A stretch of 64,000 bases of DNA from a candidate division FCPU426 bacterium (GCA_963796105.1 CAWCKJ010000012.1:128001-192000), one strand, 5' to 3'. Counted from the stretch's first letter, positions 49,633 through 61,195 are shown. Made by a program: numbers and translations. Notes: generated by a model from the letters alone, not told the origin.

Positions 49633-52600
49633 TTATCCCACCCAATGATCCGCCAGCACTTCCGCCTGTTTGAGCACGGTTTCGACGGCTTTTTCCTGCT
49701 TGTCCGGCGGGTAGCCGTATTTGTTCAAGGTACGGCGCACAATCACCATAAGCTTGGCTCGGGCGCTTTCCTTCATGGCCCAATCGATGGTGGCGTTGGA
49801 CCGGACTTTGTCGGCGATCTCACGGGCAAGATTGAGCAGCACCTCCCTGCCCAGGCCCTTTACCGCGCTGTCGTTGACTTCCAACGCCGTGTAGAACGCG
49901 AACTCGTCCTTGCTCAGTTTCAGCTTTTCGGCAAGGCCATCCACGGTTCGGATCTGCCGGGCGATGGCCACCAGTTCCTCGATGATCTCCGCGGTTGAAA
50001 GCAGGTTGTTCTGGTATTTTTTAATGGAGGTCTCCAGCATTTCCAAAAGCCTCCGGCCTTCCACCACGTTGAACTTAAGCCGCGCCTGGATCTCGTCGTT
50101 CAGTATCCTCTTCAACAGCTCGAGTGCCAGGTGCTTGTGCCCCATTTTCTTGACATCCAGGAGAAATTCCTCGGACAGCAATGAAATCTCGGGTTTCTTG
50201 AGTCCGGCCGCGTCGAAAACGTCGACCACCCCGGTGGACTCAACCGCCTGGTTGATGATCTGCCGGATGGCCGTCTCATGGGACTGCCGTCCGCCGCCGT
50301 CGCCCGCCTCAAATTTGAGGAAGCGCGCCCGAACCGCCTGGAAGAAGGCTATCTCGTCCGTAAGCTTCAAGGCCTCTTCATGGGGCACTGCCAGAGCGAA
50401 CAGGCGGGAAAGCGCCGTGGATTCGCGGATAAAGCGGTTCTTGCCGTCGGGCAGGCCCAGGATGAACTCCTCGGCCCTAAGGATCAACGACAGGCGCTCC
50501 GAGACGCCGACCTTGAAGAAACGCATGTAGTCCATCCCGTGGAACATCTGGCGGACCACCTCCATTTTCTCCCGCAACGCTTCCACGGCTTTGGCCTGCG
50601 TGTCCGCCGGGGTCCCCTTGCCGCCCGCGTCGGCGTAAAACTTCATGGCCTCCTTGAGCGCGGAGCCGATGCCGATGTAGTCGACGATCAGGCCGCCGGC
50701 CTTGTCCAGGTAAACCCGGTTCACCCGGGCGATGGCCTGCATGAGGGTGTGCCCCTTCATGGGCTTATCAATGTAAAGCGTATCCAGGCAGGGCACGTCG
50801 AAGCCGGTCAGCCACATGTCCCGAACAATGACCAGCTTCAGGGGATTCTTGGGATCTTTCAACCGGTCGGCCAAGGCCTTGCGCCGTTCCTTGGTGGTGC
50901 GGTGCCAAGCCGGGATCACCAGTCCGGTTGGGTCTTCGGCGTCGAACTCCAGCTTGTCGGATGAAGCTGATGTCATGACTACCTTGATCGTGCCCTTCGC
51001 AGGGTCCTCATTGTGCCATTCCGGCCGCAGACGGATAATCTCGTCATAAAGCGCCACGGCGATGCGCCGACTCATGGCGACGATCATGGCCTTGCCGTCA
51101 AAGGCCTCATTGCGCTTTTCAAAGTGGGTGATGATGTCCTGGGCAAGATTCCCCAGGCGGGCCGGATTACCGGCGATGGCCTCCAGCTTGGTCCACCTGG
51201 CTTTGGCCCTCACGAAGTCCGAGGCGCCCTCATCATCCGTCTCCTGGTCGAATTCCTCGACCAGCCGGCGGCCTTCCTCGTTTAAGTTCACCTTGGCCAA
51301 CCGGCTTTCGTAATAGATGGGGACGGTAGCGCCATCCTCTACCGCCTGGCGGATATGGTAGATGTCGATGTAGTTACCGAAGACCTGGGGCGTGTTGACG
51401 TCGGTGCCTTCCACCGGGGTACCGGTGAAGCCGATGAAGGAGGCGCCCGGCAGGGCATCCCGGATGTATTTGGCGAAACCGTAGGCGATCCGCTTGCCCG
51501 CCACCGCGCCGGAGGCGTCCTTCGTGTCGATGAAATGGGCCTCAAAACCGTACTGGGTCCGGTGCGCCTCGTCGGCGATCACAACGATGTTGCGGCGGGC
51601 GGACAGTTCGTCGTAAGCGGCGGCCTGGCCTTCCGGAAGGAATTTCTGGATGGTGCTGAAGATGACGCCGCCCGAGGCGACCTTCAACAGGCCCTTCAAA
51701 TGCTCCCGGTACTCGGCCTGCACCGGCACCTGGCCCAGCAGGCTTTTCGAGGCCGCGAAGGTGTCAAAGAGCTGCTGGTCCAGGTCGTTGCGGTCCGTGA
51801 TCACCAGCAGGGTGGGGTTGTCCATCTCGTGGATAAGTTTTCCCGCGTAAAAGACCATCGAAAGGCTCTTGCCCGAACCCTGGGTATGCCATACCACGCC
51901 GGCTTTGCGGTTGCCCCCCTCGGCCGAGGCCCTGCGCGTGCTTTCCACAGCCTTGTTGACGGCGTAATACTGGTGATAGGCCGCGATTTTCTTGGTGGTC
52001 TGGATCTGGGTGAGACCGGTCTTAGGGTCCGTCTTTTTGTCCTTCTCAAAGACGATGAAGTTCCGGATCAAATCAAGCAAAACCCGCTTGTTCAGCATGC
52101 CCTGGATGAGCACGCCCAGTTGGCTGGCGGTGGAAGGGGGGGCCCCCAGCCCGTCCGCGCTTTTCCAGGCCATGAAGCGGCTGAAGTTGGAGGAGATTGT
52201 GCCGGCTTTGGCCTCCAGGCCGTCCGAGACCACGCAGAAGGCGTTGTAGTAAAACAGGGTGGGAATGGTGGCCAAGTAGGTCTGGATCTGGTCGAAGGCT
52301 CGACGCAGGGTGGCCTGGGCATCCGCCGGGTTCTTCAACTCCACCAGCACAAGGGGCAGTCCATTCACGTAAAGCAGAACATCCGGACGCTTCTTTTGGT
52401 TCCGCTCCTCAACGGTCAGCTGGTTGACCGCGAAAAAGTGGTTGTTCTCGGGATTCTTGAAATCCAACAGCCAAACCCGCTCATCTCGCTCCACACCGTC
52501 CTTCACCAGCGTGACGGGCACCCCTTCCACCAACATCCGGTGGAAGGCTTCGTTCGCGTCAATTAATTGCGGCGAATAGACCGCCAGTACCACCCGCAGG

Positions 52601-52857
52601 GCGTCCTCATGCGCCGCCGCCGGCAGGGCTTGATTCAGGCGCCCGATCGCCTGGGTCAGGCTGTCCCGGAGCACCACCTCCTCAAAGTTGGGCCGTCTCC
52701 CTGGTTGTCCGTCCCCAAAAGGCGCAACCGCCTCAGCCACGACAAAGCCTGCCGTTTCTTCGGGTGCCAACGATGGGCCTGGAACACAGGTGTATCGCTG
52801 TTTCTTCAGTTCTTCGAGGGAATAGACCTCGATCTCCGACTCAACAAAGGCGCTCAT
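49633..52857 (-). CDS. hsdR: type I restriction endonuclease subunit R
   Basis: RPD..LYVNGLPLVLVELK nuclease motif; WHTQGSGKS, ADEAHR, GFTGTP, DMWLTGFD and LMQAIARVNR. Confidence 0.97.
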   Translation of the reverse strand: MSAFVESEIEVYSLEELKKQRYTCVPGPSLAPEETAGFVVAEAVAPFGDGQPGRRPNFEEVVLRDSLTQAIGRLNQALPAAAHEDALRVVLAVYSPQLIDANEAFHRMLVEGVPVTLVKDGVERDERVWLLDFKNPENNHFFAVNQLTVEERNQKKRPDVLLYVNGLPLVLVELKNPADAQATLRRAFDQIQTYLATIPTLFYYNAFCVVSDGLEAKAGTISSNFSRFMAWKSADGLGAPPSTASQLGVLIQGMLNKRVLLDLIRNFIVFEKDKKTDPKTGLTQIQTTKKIAAYHQYYAVNKAVESTRRASAEGGNRKAGVVWHTQGSGKSLSMVFYAGKLIHEMDNPTLLVITDRNDLDQQLFDTFAASKSLLGQVPVQAEYREHLKGLLKVASGGVIFSTIQKFLPEGQAAAYDELSARRNIVVIADEAHRTQYGFEAHFIDTKDASGAVAGKRIAYGFAKYIRDALPGASFIGFTGTPVEGTDVNTPQVFGNYIDIYHIRQAVEDGATVPIYYESRLAKVNLNEEGRRLVEEFDQETDDEGASDFVRAKARWTKLEAIAGNPARLGNLAQDIITHFEKRNEAFDGKAMIVAMSRRIAVALYDEIIRLRPEWHNEDPAKGTIKVVMTSASSDKLEFDAEDPTGLVIPAWHRTTKERRKALADRLKDPKNPLKLVIVRDMWLTGFDVPCLDTLYIDKPMKGHTLMQAIARVNRVYLDKAGGLIVDYIGIGSALKEAMKFYADAGGKGTPADTQAKAVEALREKMEVVRQMFHGMDYMRFFKVGVSERLSLILRAEEFILGLPDGKNRFIRESTALSRLFALAVPHEEALKLTDEIAFFQAVRARFLKFEAGDGGGRQSHETAIRQIINQAVESTGVVDVFDAAGLKKPEISLLSEEFLLDVKKMGHKHLALELLKRILNDEIQARLKFNVVEGRRLLEMLETSIKKYQNNLLSTAEIIEELVAIARQIRTVDGLAEKLKLSKDEFAFYTALEVNDSAVKGLGREVLLNLAREIADKVRSNATIDWAMKESARAKLMVIVRRTLNKYGYPPDKQEKAVETVLKQAEVLADHWVG

Positions 52858-54291
52858 GTTTTGACCGTCACTTCACCGGAAATTAATTTCAAAAGCAGCG
52901 CATCCCTTAGGCTAGATAGTTTTTGGATTTGATTTTGACCGGCTTTTATTCTTTGAAAGATTGGTTTCGCAAAACCGCCGAACTTTCTAAACGCAACATT
53001 ATCTGGAATTTGTATCTCATAATCACAAATTCTAGTTGGCGAAGTGTGTAAGATTGAGGTTCCTGAAGCAGTTCCAAGAATATATGCCCTGTAATCTTCA
53101 GTCATGAATGTGAAATACAAATAATATTTCAGATTTTGTGCACAAGGGCTCGGATTAAATTCTACTTTTCCAATTCGCTGATTATGAAGAAATTTTTTAC
53201 CTGCGATATCCGGAACAAAAGCGGGATACCCTAAGGTATCTCCTTCCTTGCTTAAGTCAGTCATTGTGATAATTAAGTCGTTCTCTGACAAAATAAACTC
53301 GTTTGGAACATCAGCCCCAGAATAATATTTGAATTTATCAGTTTTAAAACCTCCACCGATTTTGAAATTTCCAGGTGTTACCAGTATGTTCTCAGTTTCC
53401 TCACTTACTATGTAAGACCCAGAAAATGCAAATCCGTGCTTTATTGAAATTATCTCCTCTAATTTTGAAATCTTCCACTTTACATCCGCCTCCTCCACAA
53501 ACATCTTCCGCCACAACGCCGCAGCCATCCCCTCCAACGTCTTGTTCTGTCGGTGCAAAAGATTGATCTTCTCGTCCAAGCTGGAAAGCACACCGGCAAT
53601 GGCGCGTTGTTTGGGAAGAGAGGGAAGGCGAATATCCAGATCGTAGATTTCGTACTTGTCCGTGGAAGGAATCGCGGAACCGCTGTCCATTGCGTTTATA
53701 TCTTGAGTCAACAGATAGTTATATAAATAAAGCATGTCGATTTCTTCGGTTTTAGGCTTGGCATAAAATGCCGTATCGATTACGAAAAATGGTTGCTTCG
53801 AAAAATGAACTCCCCGATAAGCTCCTTTTCTTCCTAGGATGACACTCGGTATTGGGCTGAGAAAAGAGTCAGTCGAGCCAAATTTTCCCATTTGTTCCAT
53901 AAACGGGATAGTCGCCGCTTCCCTCGTAATTCTTTAGTGATTTGCCGTATTCCAAAGTAATTAGGTCCCCCAACTTGCAATCTTTCCATCCGGCGAAATA
54001 AAGAGTAATACCGTATTTGTCGATATGCTCGGTAAGTTTCGGATTGTCGATTGATGTGTAGGCGACGAGATCAAAGAAAAAAGGCAGCGCAGTTCCATCT
54101 TCCAGATCGACTTTCAACTTCGCCGCCGTGGAGGCGTTCACGTCACCTTTGATGGCGATGTCGACATCGGATGCTTCCTTATAATTTCCCATCGCGCGGG
54201 AGCCGAAGATCACGGCTTCGGTGATCTCCGGGTGCCTAGCCAGTACATCCCGAATCTGCCGGAGCTGGTCTTCGGAAAGTCCGAACTTCAC
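52854..54291 (-). pseudogene. hsdS: MNT nucleotidyltransferase-HsdS fusion gene split by a +1 frameshift near 53880 (ORFs 53869-54291 and 52854-53900)
   Basis: The upstream ORF reads MNT (FGSRAMGNYKEASDVD) and then the HsdS start WKDCKLGDLITLEYGKSL..YPVYGTNGKI. Removing one base in GGGAAAATTTGGC continues in frame as GSTDSFL..ILGRKG..LPKQRAIAGVLSSLDEKI..LRDALLLKLISGEV. Confidence 0.85.
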
Positions 54292-54687
54292 AGTTCGCGT
54301 TCCTTGTTCTTGAAGTCGTGATACCAATCGCTAAGCAGGGGAGCAAACTTGTCGCGGATGAAGGCCACCGTCTCGTCCATTACAAGGTTGTTATAGGTGT
54401 GCGACGTCCCATTACGCTTTTCAATGGACTCCATCCAGACTTCGCCCTGAGTGATCAGCTCTGCCTGGAACGCAGTCCTGAAAACCTCTTTGGAGCCAGC
54501 CAAGGTGGTATGGCCCTCTTCCTCCAGGTAGTCCTTTATCGTTTTCCAACACAACTCATGCGTGAACTCGAAGGCCTTAATGAGAGCCATTTTATCGGTT
54601 TCGGACTGGTGTTCGATGGCGAGAATGCGGTTGAAGGGGGCATAAGCCTGCTCAAAGTTCTGGAAACGCTGTTTCCAACGAATGGGG

Positions 54688-54695
<8 letters not shown>
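54288..54695 (-). CDS. HEPN-domain protein (HI0074 family), putative HepT-like RNase toxin
   Basis: RWKQRFQNF, IKAFEFTHELCWKTIKDYL and an intact R-x4-H-x-Y motif RNGTSHTY; overlaps the hsdM stop and the MNT start (GTGA). Confidence 0.9.
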
Positions 54696-56301
<1,606 letters not shown>

Positions 56302-56537
56302 TTCCTCGCGATTACCTTTACTAGATCCTACTGATTGTCACCGATCAGGGAGAAACATCCAATAAAAAAGAGCGGCAAATCTTTCCCTAGAATGGCTAAA
56401 AAAACGGTTCTGACTTCATTATTTTAAAACCCGGATATCAAACAAGAAAGATCCTGATTCCCTGAGAAAAGGTTCTGCATTGATGGCTTCTTATCCCACT
56501 GCGCCTTTTTGGCTTCAAGGAACATGAAAAATTGGTG

Positions 56538-56596
56538 AACAAAGGTGCCTGGAACTAAACTCCGTAGCTTAGTTCAGTGAACATTATCCACTTTAG
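56538..56596 (-). repeat. hairpin bracket element B (right of the RM operon, inverted to A)
   Basis: Reverse complement CTAAAGTGGATAATGTTCACT-GAACTAAGCT-ACGG-AGTTTAGTTC-CAGGCACCTTTGTT. Confidence 0.8.
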
Positions 56597-56791
56597 AAGC
56601 TGCTAGGCAGATACAAGCGCACCCTTTAATTGACCCAAACCCCTCACGCCAAAAACCGGCCTTCATTATGCCACCAACGATAGACAATGAAAAATGCACA
56701 ATGGAAAATGTGGATCGTAAAAAAATTAGGAGTTGATGGCGAAAAAAATGAAAAATGATGGATTCGAGAAGGGCATTTTCGTTAGAGTCTC

Positions 56792-57124
56792 CTAACCCAA
56801 TCGAAAGAATTCCCGGGCGTTGTTGGTGGTTTTTTCAACCAATTCCCCGAAAGAAACCCCCTTCACCTCAGCGAGTTTTTCCGCGGTCAATTTCACGTAT
56901 GCCGGTTCATTCAACTTGCCCCGGTGGGGGTGGGGCGTGAGATAGGGGGCGTCCGTTTCCACCACCAGCCGGTTTAAAGGGATTTTAGCGGCCGCGTCCC
57001 TCTGGGATTGCCCATTTTTAAAGGTAATGGGCCCAGCGAAGGAAAAAAGACAGCCCAAATCCATGAACTTTTCCACATATTCGGGTCCGGCGGAATAACA
57101 ATGCATCACAATCTTTAAACCCAT
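56792..57124 (-). pseudogene. tatD: duplicated 3' fragment of tatD
   Basis: 56839-57122 is identical to 60472-60755 (284 bp); the last ~15 codons differ from the full copy. Confidence 0.9.
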
Positions 57125-57136
57125 AGCCTGGACAAT

Positions 57137-57186
57137 GGGGTCAGGCCACCCGCACCGCAGCGTGTGGCCTGACCCCCTTTGTTTTT
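57137..57186 (+). repeat. REP-like hairpin left of the lipoprotein gene
   Basis: 13-bp perfect stem GGGGTCAGGCCAC/GTGGCCTGACCCC followed by CTTTGTTTT, the same inner end as the bracket elements. Confidence 0.65.
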
Positions 57187-57232
57187 ATTCGGCATGTCTT
57201 TCGTGGCGGGAATTTGAGGTTTTGTTAAAGGC

Positions 57233-58735
57233 TCAATAGAAATTCACATCATCCACCCACAAATCATAGGCTCCGGAATCCACTTGAGGCCATCCACCGG
57301 TATGAATCTGCCAACGGATACCAACCACCTGGGTCGGGTCAACGGTAGTAGCCGGGTTGCTTCCCCATGGATTCGTCATGTTGCTGAACGAGACCTGGTA
57401 AGGGGCCCAGGCCGTTGTCAAATTCACGATAGCGCCATGATCCGCATTGCACCAAGAACCACAATTGGGCGACGAAATATTCGGATCCGTCGTCGCGTCC
57501 GGCATCTCTACGTAAACAGTGGTGACGGATCCCGAACCCACCTTGGCATAAAACTGAATCCCCGTGTATGGTCCGCCCGGTGAGTTTTTGGCATTGTAAA
57601 GCTGGTCGTACCCCCCTGAAAGCTGTAGAAAATCCAAATCCACTAGAGGCCATCCACCCGCGCCCATGATTCCAGTGATCCGCGCGCAGCTTTGGGGACT
57701 GATGGAATCACCACCGGAGCAAAACTGTAAGATTGGCATTCCAGTCCCCGTTAATGGGCACAAAGTATCTGCGGTAGAATTATCGGTTGAATACCAAAAA
57801 CCATTCCTGCCGGCATTTTTTAATAGCAAGCCATCCAGGTTGGAATCCATGTTGTCAATCAGGGATGACGGCCAAGCGGGCGGCACGGACGAGGCGGGTG
57901 GGACATCGGTTACAAATTGAACATTGTCCACCGCGATATCGTATTGTATGCCAGGATAATAAATCTCCCATTGCATAAGACCAAGAGTCGTCACGTCCAA
58001 AACATGGGTTTGCGTTACGCCCCATCCCTCCGTCATCATCTGGTTAAAGTACACGGTGACGGCTTGCCAATTCCCGGGAGTAAGATTCATGTTGACCCCG
58101 TTAAAATCGGAAGAACTATTTGTTGTATTGTCCGAAATTTGAAATCTTACCCTCGGTTGGAAACAAGACCCGGAAATAACCGTTTTAATATCGAAGGCAA
58201 CACCCGTTGAGCCGGGCATGTTGGCGTTTATGTTGTACGACCCAAGGGACAGAACCATTTGGGCCCAAGGGGTTGTTGATCCGCTGGCCATGGCCAAGGT
58301 CCCGGTGATGGCGGCGCAATAGGATGATTGGTATCCGGGAGATCTCACAAGAATAGTGGTGCCGGAAGTGGCGCCATCCACGGACGTGCCTAAAGAATCG
58401 CAGTTAGCAAACCAATTTCCCGACCTGTTGGCGATAGGGATAATGGATGTATCCCCGTCCTCCAGGTCATCGATCAAATAAATATTCACGGTCGGAGTTG
58501 ATGTCACCGTGAGGGTCGCCGTGATGGTCGGAGTGTTCGTGATCGTGGGCGAACTTGTGACGGTTGGCGAAAGAGTGATCGTGGGTGTTTGGGTGATGGT
58601 ATAAGTGTAAAAAGGGGTAAAAGTCGAGGTGGGGTTGGTAGGTGTGGTGGGGTTACTGCTTGTGCCCGGACAACCGATGAATAAAAAGCTGTATCCAATC
58701 AAAAGCAAAAATATTCCCGCAAAACGCTGCTTCAT
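57233..58735 (-). CDS. lipoprotein with Thr/Pro-rich linker and two tandem CBM11/CIA30-like carbohydrate-binding domains
   Basis: Lipobox LFIGC; TPT/TxT repeats; two repeats starting LIDDLEDG/LIDNMD..G.W and ending YDIAVDNVQF/YDLWVDDVNFY. Confidence 0.7.
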   Translation of the reverse strand: MKQRFAGIFLLLIGYSFLFIGCPGTSSNPTTPTNPTSTFTPFYTYTITQTPTITLSPTVTSSPTITNTPTITATLTVTSTPTVNIYLIDDLEDGDTSIIPIANRSGNWFANCDSLGTSVDGATSGTTILVRSPGYQSSYCAAITGTLAMASGSTTPWAQMVLSLGSYNINANMPGSTGVAFDIKTVISGSCFQPRVRFQISDNTTNSSSDFNGVNMNLTPGNWQAVTVYFNQMMTEGWGVTQTHVLDVTTLGLMQWEIYYPGIQYDIAVDNVQFVTDVPPASSVPPAWPSSLIDNMDSNLDGLLLKNAGRNGFWYSTDNSTADTLCPLTGTGMPILQFCSGGDSISPQSCARITGIMGAGGWPLVDLDFLQLSGGYDQLYNAKNSPGGPYTGIQFYAKVGSGSVTTVYVEMPDATTDPNISSPNCGSWCNADHGAIVNLTTAWAPYQVSFSNMTNPWGSNPATTVDPTQVVGIRWQIHTGGWPQVDSGAYDLWVDDVNFY

Positions 58736-58922
58736 ATCCGACTCCTTTGAATACGAGCGTAACCACATGACATTGCCCAGCTACATTGCCAAGTAATTAC
58801 GTTCATTATCATTCGTTAACCGAGATTAACAGATGGCCCTGCCTTGCTACGCCGCCGGGTAATTCGCGTTAAATTATAATGATCTCCCCCAGTTTGTAGT
58901 CTAAATTTTGGGTTGTTGAAGT

Positions 58923-58983
58923 AAAACAAAGGGGGTAGATCGCCCGCCCCACAACGTGCGAAAGGGAACATTCATCACTTTAG
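58923..58983 (-). repeat. hairpin bracket element C (right of the lipoprotein gene)
   Basis: The first 21 nt of the reverse complement are identical to element A (CTAAAGTGATGAATGTTCCCT), followed by a different hairpin and CCCCCTTTGTTTT. Confidence 0.8.
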
Positions 58984-59086
58984 CCCCAACCACCGTATCC
59001 ATCCTAAACCCATCAAGCGATTAGCCCAACTCTGAATATTTCTTATTGCTACCCTTCGCCTTACTAATGGAATAGACAAAAAAAAT

Positions 59087-59362
59087 TATGAATTAGAAGT
59101 TAGGAATTAGGAGTTTAAACATTAAAACGCCAACAAATCGATATTGCATCTCTGATCAAACCGAACCACGAAAAACAGCACATTGGAACAACAATTAGGA
59201 ATTCGAAGTTAGGAATTAGGAGTGAAGGCTTAAAGCTGACCCAATCCCGCTCCTCGCGGAACTTTTGTACTTTTGCTTTGAGTTGTTGGAGGGTGGTCTT
59301 TGAATTCATGGAAGTATTCTAGGTAAAACAGTTAGGAATGAGGAGTTAGAAGTTAGGAGTTG
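59087..59362. repeat. three clusters of degenerate heptamer repeats (TTAGGAR/TTAGAAG)
   Basis: e.g. TTATGAA TTAGAAG TTAGGAA TTAGGAG at 59087; similar runs near 59195 and 59332. Confidence 0.7.
59222..59309 (-). pseudogene. N-terminal remnant of a MazG-like nucleotide pyrophosphohydrolase
   Basis: MNSKTTLQQLKAKVQKFREERDW matches the family start (..F..ERDW.QFH), then runs into heptamer repeats. Confidence 0.6.
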
Positions 59363-59418
59363 ACTGGAAAAACAATGAAAAATTGTAGAAGAACCCTTAA
59401 GACATTATATCGTTGTAT

Positions 59419-59724
59419 CTAAGCGGAATGCGCGTGGATGCGGGTTTCGATCCGGGTCCATCCGGCGCGTTGCGCCAGCCGAAGGTCATAATCCGTTTGC
59501 AGGTTGAGCCAGGTTTCAGGTGTCACGCCAAAATACTTCCCCAGCCTTAACGCCGTGTCCGCCGTGATTGACCGCCCGCTGTTGACGATCCCGCTGATAC
59601 GGTTTGGGGGAACCATGATCTCCCTGGCCAAACGGTTGATGCTGATACCCATCGGCTTCATGAATTCCTCCAAAAGCACCTCCCCCGGATGGATGGGGAC
59701 TAATTTCTTGGTTTTCGCCGTCAT
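59419..59724 (-). CDS. higA: HigA-family antitoxin
   Basis: PIHPGEVLLEEF, NRISGIV..RSITADTALRL..YFG and WLNLQ..YDL. Confidence 0.95.
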   Translation of the reverse strand: MTAKTKKLVPIHPGEVLLEEFMKPMGISINRLAREIMVPPNRISGIVNSGRSITADTALRLGKYFGVTPETWLNLQTDYDLRLAQRAGWTRIETRIHAHSA

Positions 59725-59732
59725 CGCTCACC

Positions 59733-60011
59733 TCAATGATAATCAATAATTTCCACGTCGATCGCTTCCCCATCGCGCCATCGAAAACAAATCCGCCATT
59801 GTTTATTGACGCGGATACTGTGCTGGCCTTCCCGGTCCCCCTTTAAGGCCTCCAACTGGTTCCCGGGTGGGACCCGCAAATCCTCAAGTTTCTTCGCCGC
59901 GTTCAAGTAAAGAAGCTTACGCCTGGCGACACGCTCAATATTCGCGAAACGCGCGACCACGTTATCATGAAAAAGCGACTCGGCGTCTTTGTCCCGGAAC
60001 GATCGGATCAT
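59733..60011 (-). CDS. higB: HigB/RelE-family toxin
   Basis: MIRSF, DLRVPPGNQLEALKGDR.GQHSIRVN.QWRICF and IDYH. Confidence 0.95.
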   Translation of the reverse strand: MIRSFRDKDAESLFHDNVVARFANIERVARRKLLYLNAAKKLEDLRVPPGNQLEALKGDREGQHSIRVNKQWRICFRWRDGEAIDVEIIDYH

Positions 60012-60016
60012 GATTA

Positions 60017-60045
60017 AGGGTATTACGCCTCTCGTAATATGTCAA
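60017..60045 (-). promoter_or_regulatory. higBA promoter with operator palindrome
   Basis: TTGACA-17 bp-TACCCT, 5 nt before the ATG; perfect IR TATTACG-N5-CGTAATA at 60021-60039. Confidence 0.7.
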
Positions 60046-60358
60046 GGGGACCAAGGGGCCACCCACTCGCACCGCGGTTCAGAGAACTCCTCAGGGCTGG
60101 CGGTTCGGAATAAACTTTGATAACAATGAAAACCAAGAAACATTAAATACGCAGCTATTTAAAGATCCGGGATTTGTGCGATTTTTTAGATTTGGATTAT
60201 TTATGAAATTCGGTGCGGTTGGCACCTGGACCGTCCTTATACTCGGCCTTCAGATTTTTCATTTTCGCCGCTTTCATTTTTCGGAGAATCTCTACCTGTT
60301 CCCCGCCTTCTCCGCTTGCCACCCCGGATTTCGAGCCGTTCAAACATGACCGTGAATA

Positions 60359-60419
60359 GGGTTTCCATGAAAGGCAGACGGTCCCGGACTTCGCGATAAG
60401 CCGGCTTTTTCAGAGGTTA
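60359..60419. repeat. divergent copy of the MITE end just downstream of tatD
   Basis: Reverse complement TAACCTCTGAAAAAGCCGGCT...TTTCATGGAAACCC. Confidence 0.55.
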
Positions 60420-60424
60420 AATTC

Positions 60425-61195
60425 TTATTCCAAACGAAAGAATTCTTTGGCGTTGTGGGTGGTTTTTTCCGCCAATTCCCCGAAAGAAACCCCCTTCACC
60501 TCAGCGAGTTTTTCCGCGGTCAATTTCACGTATGCCGGTTCATTCAACTTGCCCCGGTGGGGGTGGGGCGTGAGATAGGGGGCGTCCGTTTCCACCACCA
60601 GCCGGTTTAAAGGGATTTTAGCGGCCGCGTCCCTCTGGGATTGCCCATTTTTAAAGGTAATGGGCCCAGCGAAGGAAAAAAGACAGCCCAAATCCATGAA
60701 CTTTTCCACATATTCGGGTCCGGCGGAATAACAATGCATCACAATCTTTAAACCCGAAGCCTTGGCTTTCAAGAATTGGTAGATATCCTCATGGGCGTCC
60801 CGGTCATGGATCACGATTGGCAAGTTCAGTTCCCGGGCAAGATTGATCATCCTTTGGAAAAGAATTGTCTGCTTTTGACGGTCCGAGGCGTGGTAGTAAT
60901 CCAACCCAATTTCACCGATGGCCACGGGCTTAGTTTCCCTCGCCAGGCGCTCAATTTCCTTTAAGTCGTTCTCGCTGAACCTGTCCGCGTCATTGGGATG
61001 GGCCCCGATGGTGTGATAAACCCTCCCAGGATGCCTGCCAGCCAAAGCTGCCGCGGCCGCGGAGGTTATCTCGTCGGTGCCGATGGTCACGCAGGTTTCA
61101 ATACCCGCCTCTTTACAGCGCTGGAGAACCTCGTTTTCCTGCCCGATGAGACGCTCGTCATCCAGGTGACAATGGGTGTCAAACAAACCGGCCAT
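60425..61195 (-). CDS. tatD: TatD-family hydrolase/DNase
   Basis: DTHCH, GAHP, AIGEIGLDY, IHDRDAH, MHCYS and ETDAPYL. Confidence 0.96.
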   Translation of the reverse strand: MAGLFDTHCHLDDERLIGQENEVLQRCKEAGIETCVTIGTDEITSAAAAALAGRHPGRVYHTIGAHPNDADRFSENDLKEIERLARETKPVAIGEIGLDYYHASDRQKQTILFQRMINLARELNLPIVIHDRDAHEDIYQFLKAKASGLKIVMHCYSAGPEYVEKFMDLGCLFSFAGPITFKNGQSQRDAAAKIPLNRLVVETDAPYLTPHPHRGKLNEPAYVKLTAEKLAEVKGVSFGELAEKTTHNAKEFFRLE

